This document shows positions 43,773 to 52,870 of a stretch of 64,000 nucleotides of DNA, piece after piece. Numbering within the stretch: position 1 is the stretch's first letter; each line of letters starts with the position of its first letter. The position numbers and the translations under genes were made by a program. This DNA is from Clostridia bacterium (lineage in GTDB: Bacteria > Bacillota > Clostridia > Christensenellales > UBA1242), in NCBI GenBank assembly GCA_017537515.1, contig JAFYKO010000170.1, positions 1,487 to 65,486 on the forward strand, read 5' to 3'. A model generated the notes under the pieces. That model did not search any database, was not told the DNA's origin, and worked only from the letters and a program-made list of their open reading frames with translations.

Positions 43773-44827
43773 TGGCTGACAACGCTAACACCCTTTTACC
43801 CAAGTTGAACGAATGGCTGAAAGACGTGGGCGTATCTGCCCGTGTCGTCGTTCGTGGTAAGGACCTGCTTGAAATCCGCTTGGAAACCCAAGACCTGTTC
43901 ACGGAGCAATTCGCTGCTCCCAGGCGTTTGCCTGTTGTCCGAACTCACGCAACCGTGCGTGAGAACCGCCCGAAGCCCGCACCGAAGCCCAAGGTGGAAG
44001 AACCCAAGCGTGGCTTCAATCTGCACCTGGTCGCCCACAAGGATAGTATGTCCGATGCCGATTTAAGCAGGCTTCACGAACTCACGCAGTCCTATTCGTT
44101 CTTGTCCGCTACGAAGTTGAACAGCAAGGTATGGGAAACTACCTGCCGTGAAGTCGTTTGGCTCGCAACGGGTTTCTTTGTGGATTCGCATAAGTGGGAC
44201 AAGAAGTGGATGGCGAAGACGGAACAAAAGGGTGGTGGTCCCGCTCTCTTAAAGGGCAGGTTTACCGACATTCCGTCTGCGATAGACACCATTGAAAAAT
44301 GCCTGGACTATGTGGAAAACGCTCACAGGACTAGCGGGTATTGGTTCCCGCCCCTGGAAAACGGAAAGATACCCCGCAAGTCGCTTGCGTCCTTTATCTG
44401 TTCGCAGACAAAGGCGGGCACTGAATGGAGTCCGTTTTGCGAGGTCCTGTGGGAAATGAACAAGGACACCGCCATTAAATCATCGCTCCCGAAATTGGCT
44501 ATCAATGCTGCGGAACTCGCCATAAAGGATTCGGAATACCTGCGGGGTATGCCGTCGTCTTCTATGGCGAACTATTGGAATGGCGTTAAGAAATTCGTGG
44601 ATTGGTATTATGCCAATCGTGATATGCTTATGTCTGTCGTGGATAACAGGGTCCGTCTAGCCGACGTTGGTATGGCTGTGACGCTTGTCAAGGAATGGAA
44701 CGCTTCTGCAAACGGCAAGGTGCTTCCCGTGTCCTTTATCTACCCTGGCAGCGACAGGTGGTTCCGTTTTGTGCAGTGGTGCAAGACGAACAGAAATGTG
44801 ACAATCCCCGATTATAGGAATGGTTGA
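43772..44827 (+). CDS. hypothetical protein (351 aa)
   Basis: The ATG at 43772 overlaps the upstream TAA by 1 nt. No motif recognised. Confidence 0.6.
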   Translation: MADNANTLLPKLNEWLKDVGVSARVVVRGKDLLEIRLETQDLFTEQFAAPRRLPVVRTHATVRENRPKPAPKPKVEEPKRGFNLHLVAHKDSMSDADLSRLHELTQSYSFLSATKLNSKVWETTCREVVWLATGFFVDSHKWDKKWMAKTEQKGGGPALLKGRFTDIPSAIDTIEKCLDYVENAHRTSGYWFPPLENGKIPRKSLASFICSQTKAGTEWSPFCEVLWEMNKDTAIKSSLPKLAINAAELAIKDSEYLRGMPSSSMANYWNGVKKFVDWYYANRDMLMSVVDNRVRLADVGMAVTLVKEWNASANGKVLPVSFIYPGSDRWFRFVQWCKTNRNVTIPDYRNG

Positions 44828-46995
44828 GTATGAGTTATGACCTTATGGGTATGATGAACAGAATGGGTCGTGCCCCTACGCCCATTGAGCCGATTGCAGG
44901 CGTTAAATACGTCGCTGAATTTACAAAAGTTGACAAGACGGTTGTAGCCCTTACCTGGTTTACACATAACAAGGATGCCTGGAAAGCCATTCTTGAAGCC
45001 GTCCGAAAACTCCCCGAACGTTCCTACAACGCTGCCACAAAAAAGTGGGAAGTTCCCTGGACGGGTAAAACGAAGACCTGGATGGAAGCGTCGGGTTGGA
45101 AAGACCCCCCGAAAGAAAAGGACCCGAACGAAAAGCGGGAAGACCCCCGTATCAAGCAAAAGGCTAAAATTGACGCTACGAAGTTGGACCCCGAAGGCAC
45201 CCTTATTCCTGGGCTGCGTCCGTATCAAATTGATTTCTTGAAGTTCGCCCAAATCCGTCACGGCAGGCTTGCCCTCGGTGACGAAATGGGCTGTGTCTGT
45301 GGCGATATGACGGTGCAGGTCCGTAAGGACGGCAAGGAACGTAAAATCAGCCTGGAAACCTTGTATCGGGAATTTTCCAAGAGCAAGGAAACAGCCGATT
45401 GGAGTATTCTTTGCTACTGCCCCGACTATATGTTGGATATGCCCTATGGCGAAGTCGTTGACGTTATCCAAAGCGGTATCAAGCGTTGCGTTCACGCAAC
45501 CCTTGAAGACGACACCTACCTTATTGCCACGCCCGACCACAAGGTTCTTACTGACAACGGGTGGACCGAACTCAAAGATACCTTGAACGCCTACATTGAA
45601 GTTGAGAAGAACGGCAGGACCTCTATGGAACGTGTCGTGTCTATCACGTCCGCAGGTATGCGTATGACCTACGACGTAAAGGTGCTGAATTACGGGAACT
45701 TTATTGCGAACCACGTAATCGTCCATAACTGCGGTAAGACGGTGGAAGCCTTGTCCTGGATGGTCTATGCGAACGCCTATCCCGCACTTTACGTCGTGAA
45801 CGCCCCGACCAAACTTCAATGGCAGGGTGCCTACCGCAAGTGGGTGGGAGCCACAAAGAAGCATTACCCCGACGTGGACGTGTTGGGCGGTCGTAAACCT
45901 TACAGGCTGACCCGTGACAAGAGTTATATCATAAATTGGGATATTCTAGCGGATTGGAAGGACGAACTCGCAAAGGTCGGGTTCCGTCTGCTTGTAGGCG
46001 ACGAAGTGCAGGCTATCGGCAACCCCGAATCCCAAAGGGCTGCTGCATTCAAGGAACTCTCCGAAATTATCCCGCACGTTATCGGTATGAGCGGAACCCC
46101 CGCTATGTCAAAGCCGTTGCAGTTTTGGACCCTGCTTTCTATCGTTGAGCCGTCCAAGTTCAAGAACTACTACGTGTATAGGAACCGCTACTGCGACCCG
46201 CAGCAGGACGCTTACGGCACGAAATACAATGGTGCGTCCAACGTGGAAGAACTTCACGAACTGCTAGTTAATTGTATGCTCCGCAGAACAAAGAGCGAAG
46301 TTATGAAGGACCTGCCCCCGAAAGTTATGGAAGTGGTCCCGCTTGAAGTGGACGCTGCGGGCTTGGACGATTACTACGAAGAAGAACGCTCCGCATTCTC
46401 CGAAGATACCGTCAAGGGCGAAAAGGAAAGTGCCCGCAACAAGGTTGCCCACCTGCTCCGAACCGCCTACGCTCTCAAAGAGAAGTCTATGCTGCTGTGG
46501 ATTGAAGACTTCCTGGAATCGGGTAAGAAGTTGCTGCTTTTCGCTTGGCACCGCTCCGTCGTGGAAGTCCTTTACGATACGCTCAAAGAATACCACCCTG
46601 CCATTATCTATGGCGGTATGACGACGAACGAACGTGAAGAAGCCCGTAAGAAGTTCATTGAAGACCCGAAATGCCGTGTAATCGTCGCCAACATACAGGC
46701 GGGCGGTGTAGGTATTGACGGCTTCCAGGAAGTCTGCTCCGACGTGGCTTTTGCCGAATTTTCGCACACCCCGAACTACCACAGGCAGGCAGAAGACCGC
46801 CTGCACCGCAGCGGGCAGAAAACGTCGGTCACTTCTTACTATCTTGTAGCACCTGGAACGGTGGATATGGACGCTATTGAAGTCCTGGACGCTAGGGCGA
46901 AAATGCTTGATGGCGTGTTGGACGGCAAGGAAACCGCTACGACTGACTTGCTTACGGAACTCTTGGAACGCAGGGGTGCCAGGTTTGGTCGCTAA
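44824..46995 (+). CDS. SNF2/Rad54-family ATPase (helicase-like), interrupted by a mini-intein in motif I
   Basis: LRPYQIDFL, DEMG|intein|CGKT (motif I), LLVGDEVQAIGN (II), MSGTPAMSKP (III), ANIQAGGVGIDG (V), HRQAEDRLHRSGQ (VI). Confidence 0.9.
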   Translation: MSMSYDLMGMMNRMGRAPTPIEPIAGVKYVAEFTKVDKTVVALTWFTHNKDAWKAILEAVRKLPERSYNAATKKWEVPWTGKTKTWMEASGWKDPPKEKDPNEKREDPRIKQKAKIDATKLDPEGTLIPGLRPYQIDFLKFAQIRHGRLALGDEMGCVCGDMTVQVRKDGKERKISLETLYREFSKSKETADWSILCYCPDYMLDMPYGEVVDVIQSGIKRCVHATLEDDTYLIATPDHKVLTDNGWTELKDTLNAYIEVEKNGRTSMERVVSITSAGMRMTYDVKVLNYGNFIANHVIVHNCGKTVEALSWMVYANAYPALYVVNAPTKLQWQGAYRKWVGATKKHYPDVDVLGGRKPYRLTRDKSYIINWDILADWKDELAKVGFRLLVGDEVQAIGNPESQRAAAFKELSEIIPHVIGMSGTPAMSKPLQFWTLLSIVEPSKFKNYYVYRNRYCDPQQDAYGTKYNGASNVEELHELLVNCMLRRTKSEVMKDLPPKVMEVVPLEVDAAGLDDYYEEERSAFSEDTVKGEKESARNKVAHLLRTAYALKEKSMLLWIEDFLESGKKLLLFAWHRSVVEVLYDTLKEYHPAIIYGGMTTNEREEARKKFIEDPKCRVIVANIQAGGVGIDGFQEVCSDVAFAEFSHTPNYHRQAEDRLHRSGQKTSVTSYYLVAPGTVDMDAIEVLDARAKMLDGVLDGKETATTDLLTELLERRGARFGR
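45292..45729 (+). mobile_element. mini-intein (146 aa, no endonuclease domain) in the P-loop of the SNF2 ATPase
   Basis: Begins CVCGDMTVQV (block A Cys1). Has IATPDHKVLT (block B TxxH). Ends NFIANHVIVHN followed by Cys+1. Removing it restores LGDEMG-CGKTVEAL. Confidence 0.85.
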
Positions 46996-47006
46996 CCGAC
47001 TATATA
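46990..47006 (+). promoter_or_regulatory. class-II motif CGCTAACCGACTATATA
   Basis: Overlaps the TAA stop of the SNF2 gene. Followed by a leader with ACGAGGATAAG and the ATG at 47027. Confidence 0.5.
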
Positions 47007-47026
47007 TCTAACGAGGATAAGTTTTA

Positions 47027-48508
47027 ATGCTCCAACGTGTAAAAGTAGATATTAGTGAAGAACGTAGGCTTTTGGCAAATATGATTATGTCCACGCCCCT
47101 TTTGGCTAAATGCCGAAAGTCGTGTGACCCAATCCTGTTTGAAAGCAATATGGGGAAAATTGTTTCGTCGTGGGTCTTGACTTTCTATGACCGCTATGGC
47201 GAAGCCCCCAAAGAAGCAATTAGCGATATTTTTGCAAATAGGGTGTCGGAACTGAAAGAAGCCGACGGGGATATGGTCAAGGCGTTCCTTGACACTGCGT
47301 CCGACGAATGGATGCCGACAAACGAATCCCTGGCTACCGACAACGCTATCAAGTATTTCCAAAAACGTTCGCTTGCCCTGCTTACCGAAAAGTTGAACCG
47401 CTCCGTCCAAAGCGGTGACGTGTCTAGCGGGTATCACGCTATTGCGGACTTTACGAAACCCGACGTGCGACAGGCACAGGTAGTGAACTTGTTTAGGGAC
47501 GCTTCCATTATCGCCAACGCATTTGAGAACGACGAAGAAGAAATCTTCACGATGCCAGGTGTCCTGGGTAGCGTAATCGGTCCGTTTATCCAGGAAGATT
47601 TCGTTGCCGTTATCGGTCCCCCGAAAAGCGGTAAAACCTGGTGGCTTATGACGATTGCGGTCCAGGCTGCTTTGCAGGGTAAGCACGTCCTTTACGTGTC
47701 CCTGGAAATGTCCGAAAAGCAGGTTGTCCGTCGTTTTTGGCAAATGCTTACGGGTTCGTCCCGCTATGGCGAAGAACTGCATTACCCCGTTATGGTCTAT
47801 GACGACGAGGGCAACGCTCAACTTGCAGACGTTAGCGAGCCGTCGCATAGAGTGGACGCAAGCCTAGAGGGTATTGAAAAGGCTCAAAGGGCATTCCGCA
47901 AGATTACCCGCAACGACAAGTTTGAACTGCGAACGTTCCCGACGGGAACCCTGTCTGTAAAGGGTCTTGAAGCCGAACTGAAAGATATGGAAGTTTACAG
48001 CGGGTGGGCACCCGAAGTAATTTGCGTTGACTATGCCGACATTATGGACCTGGGACCTGGCAGCGACGAACGTGAAAAGATTAACCGCTGTTGGAAAGCC
48101 CTACGTGGTCTTGCAAGCACCCGAAAGTGTATGGTCGCTACCGTGTCACAGACGGGTCGTGCAACCGTCGGTGGCGAGCAGGACGCAGCCGAAAACCAGG
48201 TGTCCGAAGATATTCGTAAGGTCGCCCACGTGACGAAGATGATTACGATTAACCACACGCCTGCGGAAAAGAAGCGTGGCATTACCCGCCTAGCCTGCAA
48301 CACCACCCGTGATGGTGCCCCCGTCCAGGATTCTGTTGTCTGCACAACCTGTCTTGCAATCGGCAGACCTTATATGGAATGCGAATTGCTGTCACGTGTG
48401 GATATGAGCCAGGAAGAACAATGGGACGGCAGCGAAGACGACGAAAACAATATGCCCGCCAAACGGTCGGGCAGAAGAACAGGGAGCCGTGGACGTTCCC
48501 GTAGGTAA
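47027..48508 (+). CDS. DnaB-like replicative helicase
   Basis: VIGPPKSGKTWWLM (Walker A), VLYVSLEMSEKQVVRRF (DnaB H1a/SLEM motif), CVDYADIM (Walker B). Basic C-terminal tail. Confidence 0.8.
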   Translation: MLQRVKVDISEERRLLANMIMSTPLLAKCRKSCDPILFESNMGKIVSSWVLTFYDRYGEAPKEAISDIFANRVSELKEADGDMVKAFLDTASDEWMPTNESLATDNAIKYFQKRSLALLTEKLNRSVQSGDVSSGYHAIADFTKPDVRQAQVVNLFRDASIIANAFENDEEEIFTMPGVLGSVIGPFIQEDFVAVIGPPKSGKTWWLMTIAVQAALQGKHVLYVSLEMSEKQVVRRFWQMLTGSSRYGEELHYPVMVYDDEGNAQLADVSEPSHRVDASLEGIEKAQRAFRKITRNDKFELRTFPTGTLSVKGLEAELKDMEVYSGWAPEVICVDYADIMDLGPGSDEREKINRCWKALRGLASTRKCMVATVSQTGRATVGGEQDAAENQVSEDIRKVAHVTKMITINHTPAEKKRGITRLACNTTRDGAPVQDSVVCTTCLAIGRPYMECELLSRVDMSQEEQWDGSEDDENNMPAKRSGRRTGSRGRSRR

Positions 48509-48519
48509 AGGACTGACCT

Positions 48520-48789
48520 ATGATTATTAACGGATTTGATTTTAGAGAAACTTGCGGGGCGTGTCCCGAACAATATGACGTGTTTGATTTCAAGGGGAAC
48601 CAGGTAGCCTATATCCGTCTGCGTTGGGGGACGCTGCAAGTAAGTGCCCCCGATTGGAACGGGGACACTATCTATGAGCATTCCTATAGTGACGGGTGGT
48701 TAGGTTCGTTCACCAGCGACGAAGAACGTACGAATAAACTTAACCTTATTGCAAACATATTAAATGCCCGTGTTTACGGGGAAGGGTAA
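48520..48789 (+). CDS. hypothetical protein (89 aa)
   Basis: Plus-arm ORF with AAAGGAC upstream. Confidence 0.5.
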   Translation: MIINGFDFRETCGACPEQYDVFDFKGNQVAYIRLRWGTLQVSAPDWNGDTIYEHSYSDGWLGSFTSDEERTNKLNLIANILNARVYGEG

Positions 48790-48900
48790 ATTTATGCTAG
48801 ACCAAAACACAACCTACAATCTTGATGATAGCGGTCCTATCGTAAAGGAACGCTTTGACGTGGACGACGACAGGTGGGAAGCATTCAAGAAAGCGTGTGA

Positions 48901-48921
48901 TTGACGCTATGTGACTATATA
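48901..48921 (+). promoter_or_regulatory. class-II motif TTGACGCTATGTGACTATATA
   Basis: TTGACG, 9 nt, TATATA. Followed by a leader with AAAGGAAAC and the ATG at 48958. Confidence 0.5.
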
Positions 48922-48957
48922 ACAATCGTGAACACAACAACATAAAGGAAACCTACA

Positions 48958-50055
48958 ATGGCAATCCAAATTGAAAAAGCAAAACTCATTGAATCCCTCA
49001 AAAAAGTAATGCCTGGTGTTGAAACGGGCAATACCGTGATTGACGGCACCGACCTTCTTCTTTTCACGGGGGCGTCTGTCAGTTCCTACAACAGCGAAAT
49101 CGCTGTGTCTGCCCCGTGCGACACGCAGAATGTTTCGTTCTCCGTCAAGGGTGCGGACTTCTTCAACCTTGTGTCCCGTATGTCCGACGTGATGGTGTCG
49201 CTTGAAATCGTGGATAACAAGGTGAAACTCAAAGCGGGTCGCACAAAGGCTTCTATGGCCCTGGAAGATTCGTCCAAGGTTATGAACCTTATTCGTGACC
49301 TTAACGTGGCTTCCTTGAAGTATGAGGCTATCCCCGAAGCGTTCATTGACGCTGTGAACATTTGTAATCTTTCGGGCAACGCTGAAAATATCCGTGGCGT
49401 GGCTGTGAATGATTATGAAGACGGCTCCGCTGTCTATGAAACCGACTCCACCCGTGTCTGCATTAACAAGTTGTCCGAACGTATGGTCCCGTTTTGGGTT
49501 GACGACACCACGTTCAACAACGCTTTCAAGGTCGGCACCCCGACGGGCTACTGCGTCAGCGACGCTTGGCTGCACCTCAAGTATGCCGACGGCACCGTGT
49601 TCTCCGCAAAGCGTAAGGACCACACCGCCTATCCGTTTGAAGCCCTGGCTTCTTTCCCGAAGGCTTTTGAAAATGCAAAGGTTATCGTCAAGGGTCGCCT
49701 GCCGAACAACATTGCCGAAGCCGTGTCCCGTGTGGCTATCCTGGCTTCGGGCGTTGACAAGAAGAACGCCCGCCTGGTGCGTATGACGTTCCGTAAGGAC
49801 GAACTTGAACTTTACGCAGAAAAGATGGGTGGCGAAGCGTCCGAAACTATCCCGTGGGAAACTGCTCTTGAAGAAGACCCGCAGAATATGGAAGTTTGGG
49901 TCAACACGTCGTTCTTGCTTGAAGCGTCCAACAAGGTTATGGACTTCACGCTTTGCTATATGGATATGGACCCGACGGCTCCCCCGTCCCTGTCCCTTGT
50001 CTTCCAATCGGGCGAATTTATGCAGTTAGTCCAGGGTGCGACCAATTCCAAGTAG
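48958..50055 (+). CDS. DnaN-like sliding clamp (beta-clamp paralogue 2, 365 aa)
   Basis: MAIQIEKAKLIESLKKVMPGVETGNTVIDGTDLLLFTGASVSSYNSEIAVSAP follows the DnaN N-terminal pattern. Length is typical of beta clamps. Confidence 0.55.
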   Translation: MAIQIEKAKLIESLKKVMPGVETGNTVIDGTDLLLFTGASVSSYNSEIAVSAPCDTQNVSFSVKGADFFNLVSRMSDVMVSLEIVDNKVKLKAGRTKASMALEDSSKVMNLIRDLNVASLKYEAIPEAFIDAVNICNLSGNAENIRGVAVNDYEDGSAVYETDSTRVCINKLSERMVPFWVDDTTFNNAFKVGTPTGYCVSDAWLHLKYADGTVFSAKRKDHTAYPFEALASFPKAFENAKVIVKGRLPNNIAEAVSRVAILASGVDKKNARLVRMTFRKDELELYAEKMGGEASETIPWETALEEDPQNMEVWVNTSFLLEASNKVMDFTLCYMDMDPTAPPSLSLVFQSGEFMQLVQGATNSK

Positions 50056-50080
50056 TTTGTTGTGTCCTCGTTAAAAAGGA

Positions 50081-50110
50081 ATGCCGAGGCTTAACCGCTT
50101 CGGCATTTCT
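50081..50110 (+). terminator. hairpin terminator after clamp paralogue 2
   Basis: ATGCCGAGG (50081-89) pairs with CTTCGGCAT (50098-106), including one G-U pair. T-rich tail. Confidence 0.5.
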
Positions 50111-50116
50111 ATCTTT

Positions 50117-50137
50117 TTGACGCTCTTGTGCTATATC
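50117..50137 (+). promoter_or_regulatory. class-II motif TTGACGCTCTTGTGCTATATC
   Basis: TTGACG, 9 nt, TATATC with a TG extended -10. Upstream of the polymerase gene. Confidence 0.5.
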
Positions 50138-50175
50138 TATATTACAGAAGTTTAACGTTTACGGAATAAGAATTT

Positions 50176-52869
50176 ATGGGCTTTTTCAAGATACCCGCTG
50201 CCATTCAAGCGATGTCAGCGAAGCCGAAACTGACAGGCTGTCTAGCCTGTGGATTGGACCAATCGGGCAAGGAATTACCCTTTGCAGGGGACGGTAAGGA
50301 CAAGGTTTTAATTCTGTGCGACCACCCCCGTGGAACGGAAGGCAACGACCACGACACCGTGTTCCTGCACAAGATGTATGATTATCTTTGGGACTTGCAG
50401 GGCAAGCGTGGACTGCCCAGGGACTTTTTGGAGTCTGCCTGGATTGGCTACGTTATCCCGTGCCCCTGCAACAAGGAAAACGGCAAGGACCCCAAGCCCG
50501 ACTGCTGCAAGGAACGCTTGGATAGACTCATTAACGAATTGAAGCCGTCCGTTATCATTCCTATGGGTCCCGCTGCTATCCAGGCTCTTATTTGGGACCG
50601 AATGAGCGGGCGTATCGGAAACACGAAGCCGTCTGACCTTTACGGCAAACGCATTCCCGACCGCCACTATAATTGTTGGATTTGCCCGACATACTCCCCC
50701 GAATTTTTGACGTGGCAGAAAGACGACGACAAGTGCCCGTATATGTATTTTTCGCAGCATATTCGTCTTGCCTATCAAATCAAAGATACCCCGCTGCCGA
50801 AAATCCCGACGGACGTTCGCACCACGGGCGACGCTGAAACTGCTGCCGATTGGATTGAAGAAATTATTGAATGGGCTGAAACGGACCAACTTGACAAGGC
50901 TCCCGAAGGCTATCACGACGTTGCGATTGACTACGAAACCACAGGTCTTAAACCACACCGTGAGGGTCATTCTATCAAGGCTGCGTCTGTGGGCTACCGC
51001 AAGGACGGGGAATACCACGCTATCGGTATTTGGTGGGACGGGGACAACGAACGCCTGGTAAACGCCTGGTATAAACTCACGCACCACGATAAAATCGGTA
51101 TGGTCGCACACAAGGCTGACTACGAAGCCTGTTGGACCAGGTTTAGAGCGGGTCTGCATAACACCCGCACCGATTGGATTGATAATTGGTCCTGGGACAC
51201 TTGCCTGGGTGCCCACGTCCTTGACAACTCCCAAAAGGTCGGATTGAAGTTCCACACCTATTGCGAATTGGGTGTTATCGGCTACGACAATAAAGCAGAC
51301 CATTTCATTACGACCCTTATGGACGGGGAAGACCCCAAGAGTTGCAACGCCTTTAACCTGCTCAAAAAGGGTATGGGTGTTCCCAAGGGCGACATTATCT
51401 ACTATTGCGGGCTAGACTCCATTTATACGATTGCCCTGCGTGACATTCAGTCCGCACAAATGATTGGGCTTGAAAAGCCGTTCCGCTTCTTTATGCAGGG
51501 TATGGACGCACTCGCCCGTGTGCAGTCCGAGGGTCTGCCGATTGATTACGGCAGGATTAACGACTTGCAGAATGAACTTGAAACCAAATACAAGGAATCC
51601 GAAGAAGCCGTCAAGAACACGGACGAAGCGAAGCAGTGGTGCCGTCAGCACCCAGGCGAAACGTTCAACCCGCTCTCTAACAAACAGATTGCCGAAGTGC
51701 TTTACAAGATTTGCGGATTGAAACCGCCATCGGGTAAAGAAGACGCAACGGGCGACACCCTGGAAAAGTTGGGCACCCCGTTCTGTAAGGCTATCCTGGG
51801 TATGCGACGTTGGGCGAAGATTATGGACTTCCTGGACGGCTACAAGCGTGAAGCCGTGTGGGACGAAGAAAAGCAGGCATATCTTATTCGCCCGTTCTTC
51901 AACCTGTCAACGGGTGCGGGCGGTGATGCCGATGCGGGTCCCCGAACCTATCGTAGTTCGGCTGACAGCCCCAACTTCCAAAATATCCCGAAGCGGGATA
52001 AAGAAATGAAGAAAATCCTGCGAACCTTGTTTGTCGCTCCAAAGGGCTACCGCTTTATGGAAATGGACTACAAGAGCCTGGAAGTTATGGTGTCCGCAAG
52101 TTATCATCACGACCCGCAAATGATACATTACTTGCAGAATCCCGCTTCGGATATGCACCGTGACACTGCCTGCGATATGTATATCCGAAAGCCCGAAGAA
52201 CTGACAAAGGAAGAACGTTCCACCATTAAGGCGGGCTATGTGTTTTCGTCCTTCTATGGTGCGTCCTACAAGTCGTGTGCCCGAAATATGTGGAACAATA
52301 TGCCAAAATATACAAAGGAACACTTGGCAAAGGACCACAGGATTACCACTTACGAAAAGTGGGAAGCACACGTCAAAAAAGGCGATGATATTTTTTGGAA
52401 CCAACGCTTTAAGGTTTACAACGCTTGGCGTAGAACTGAATGGGACAGTTATCAAAAAATGGGCTACGTGCAGTCCTACACGGGTTTCCGCTGCCTGGGA
52501 CCTATGGGCTACACGCAGGCTACGAACTGCTGCATTCAAGGTTCCGCATTCCATATCCTGTTGAAAGCCCTTACCTATGACTTGAAAGATTTCAAGGCAC
52601 AAGGCTTGCAGTCTTGCATTATCGGGCAGATTCACGACGCTATCATTTCGCTTGTCAAGGAAGGCGAAGAAGACAAGGTGGCAAAGATTATCTATGGTAA
52701 TGGCGTGAAGCGTGTCAGCAAGGAATTTCCGTGGATTTGCGTTCCGCTTGTGATTGAAGCCGACGCTTCTGCCGTGGATGGGTCCTGGGCTAAAATGACC
52801 GAAGTGGGTGCCCTGTGTGACGAGGGTATGCCAGAAAATTGGCAGGCAAAGTTTGAGGAAGCCCATTGA
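50176..52869 (+). CDS. polA: family-A DNA polymerase with 3'-5' exonuclease and an N-terminal UDG-superfamily (family-4-like) domain
   Basis: UDG-like segment (aa ~35-140): GDGKDKVLILCDHPRGTEG...VIPCPCN...KPSVIIPMGPAAIQAL. Exo I: VAIDYETTGL. Pol motif A: MEMDYKSLEVMV. Motif B: RSTIKAGYVFSSFYGAS. Motif C: IGQIHDAI. Confidence 0.9.
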   Translation: MGFFKIPAAIQAMSAKPKLTGCLACGLDQSGKELPFAGDGKDKVLILCDHPRGTEGNDHDTVFLHKMYDYLWDLQGKRGLPRDFLESAWIGYVIPCPCNKENGKDPKPDCCKERLDRLINELKPSVIIPMGPAAIQALIWDRMSGRIGNTKPSDLYGKRIPDRHYNCWICPTYSPEFLTWQKDDDKCPYMYFSQHIRLAYQIKDTPLPKIPTDVRTTGDAETAADWIEEIIEWAETDQLDKAPEGYHDVAIDYETTGLKPHREGHSIKAASVGYRKDGEYHAIGIWWDGDNERLVNAWYKLTHHDKIGMVAHKADYEACWTRFRAGLHNTRTDWIDNWSWDTCLGAHVLDNSQKVGLKFHTYCELGVIGYDNKADHFITTLMDGEDPKSCNAFNLLKKGMGVPKGDIIYYCGLDSIYTIALRDIQSAQMIGLEKPFRFFMQGMDALARVQSEGLPIDYGRINDLQNELETKYKESEEAVKNTDEAKQWCRQHPGETFNPLSNKQIAEVLYKICGLKPPSGKEDATGDTLEKLGTPFCKAILGMRRWAKIMDFLDGYKREAVWDEEKQAYLIRPFFNLSTGAGGDADAGPRTYRSSADSPNFQNIPKRDKEMKKILRTLFVAPKGYRFMEMDYKSLEVMVSASYHHDPQMIHYLQNPASDMHRDTACDMYIRKPEELTKEERSTIKAGYVFSSFYGASYKSCARNMWNNMPKYTKEHLAKDHRITTYEKWEAHVKKGDDIFWNQRFKVYNAWRRTEWDSYQKMGYVQSYTGFRCLGPMGYTQATNCCIQGSAFHILLKALTYDLKDFKAQGLQSCIIGQIHDAIISLVKEGEEDKVAKIIYGNGVKRVSKEFPWICVPLVIEADASAVDGSWAKMTEVGALCDEGMPENWQAKFEEAH

Positions 52870-52870
52870 T

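Noticed and set aside
44812-45864. 350-aa minus-strand ORF
   Set aside because: It is antisense to the SNF2 gene and its intein, both of which have unambiguous motifs.
48794-48904. 36-aa ORF (MLDQNTTYNLDDSGPIVKERFDVDDDRWEAFKKACD)
   Set aside because: It fits the gap and the coding strand, but it is very short and has no SD. It is left uncalled.
48907-50007. 366-aa minus-strand ORF
   Set aside because: It is antisense to the clamp-like gene 48958..50055. Its composition is that of a shadow frame.
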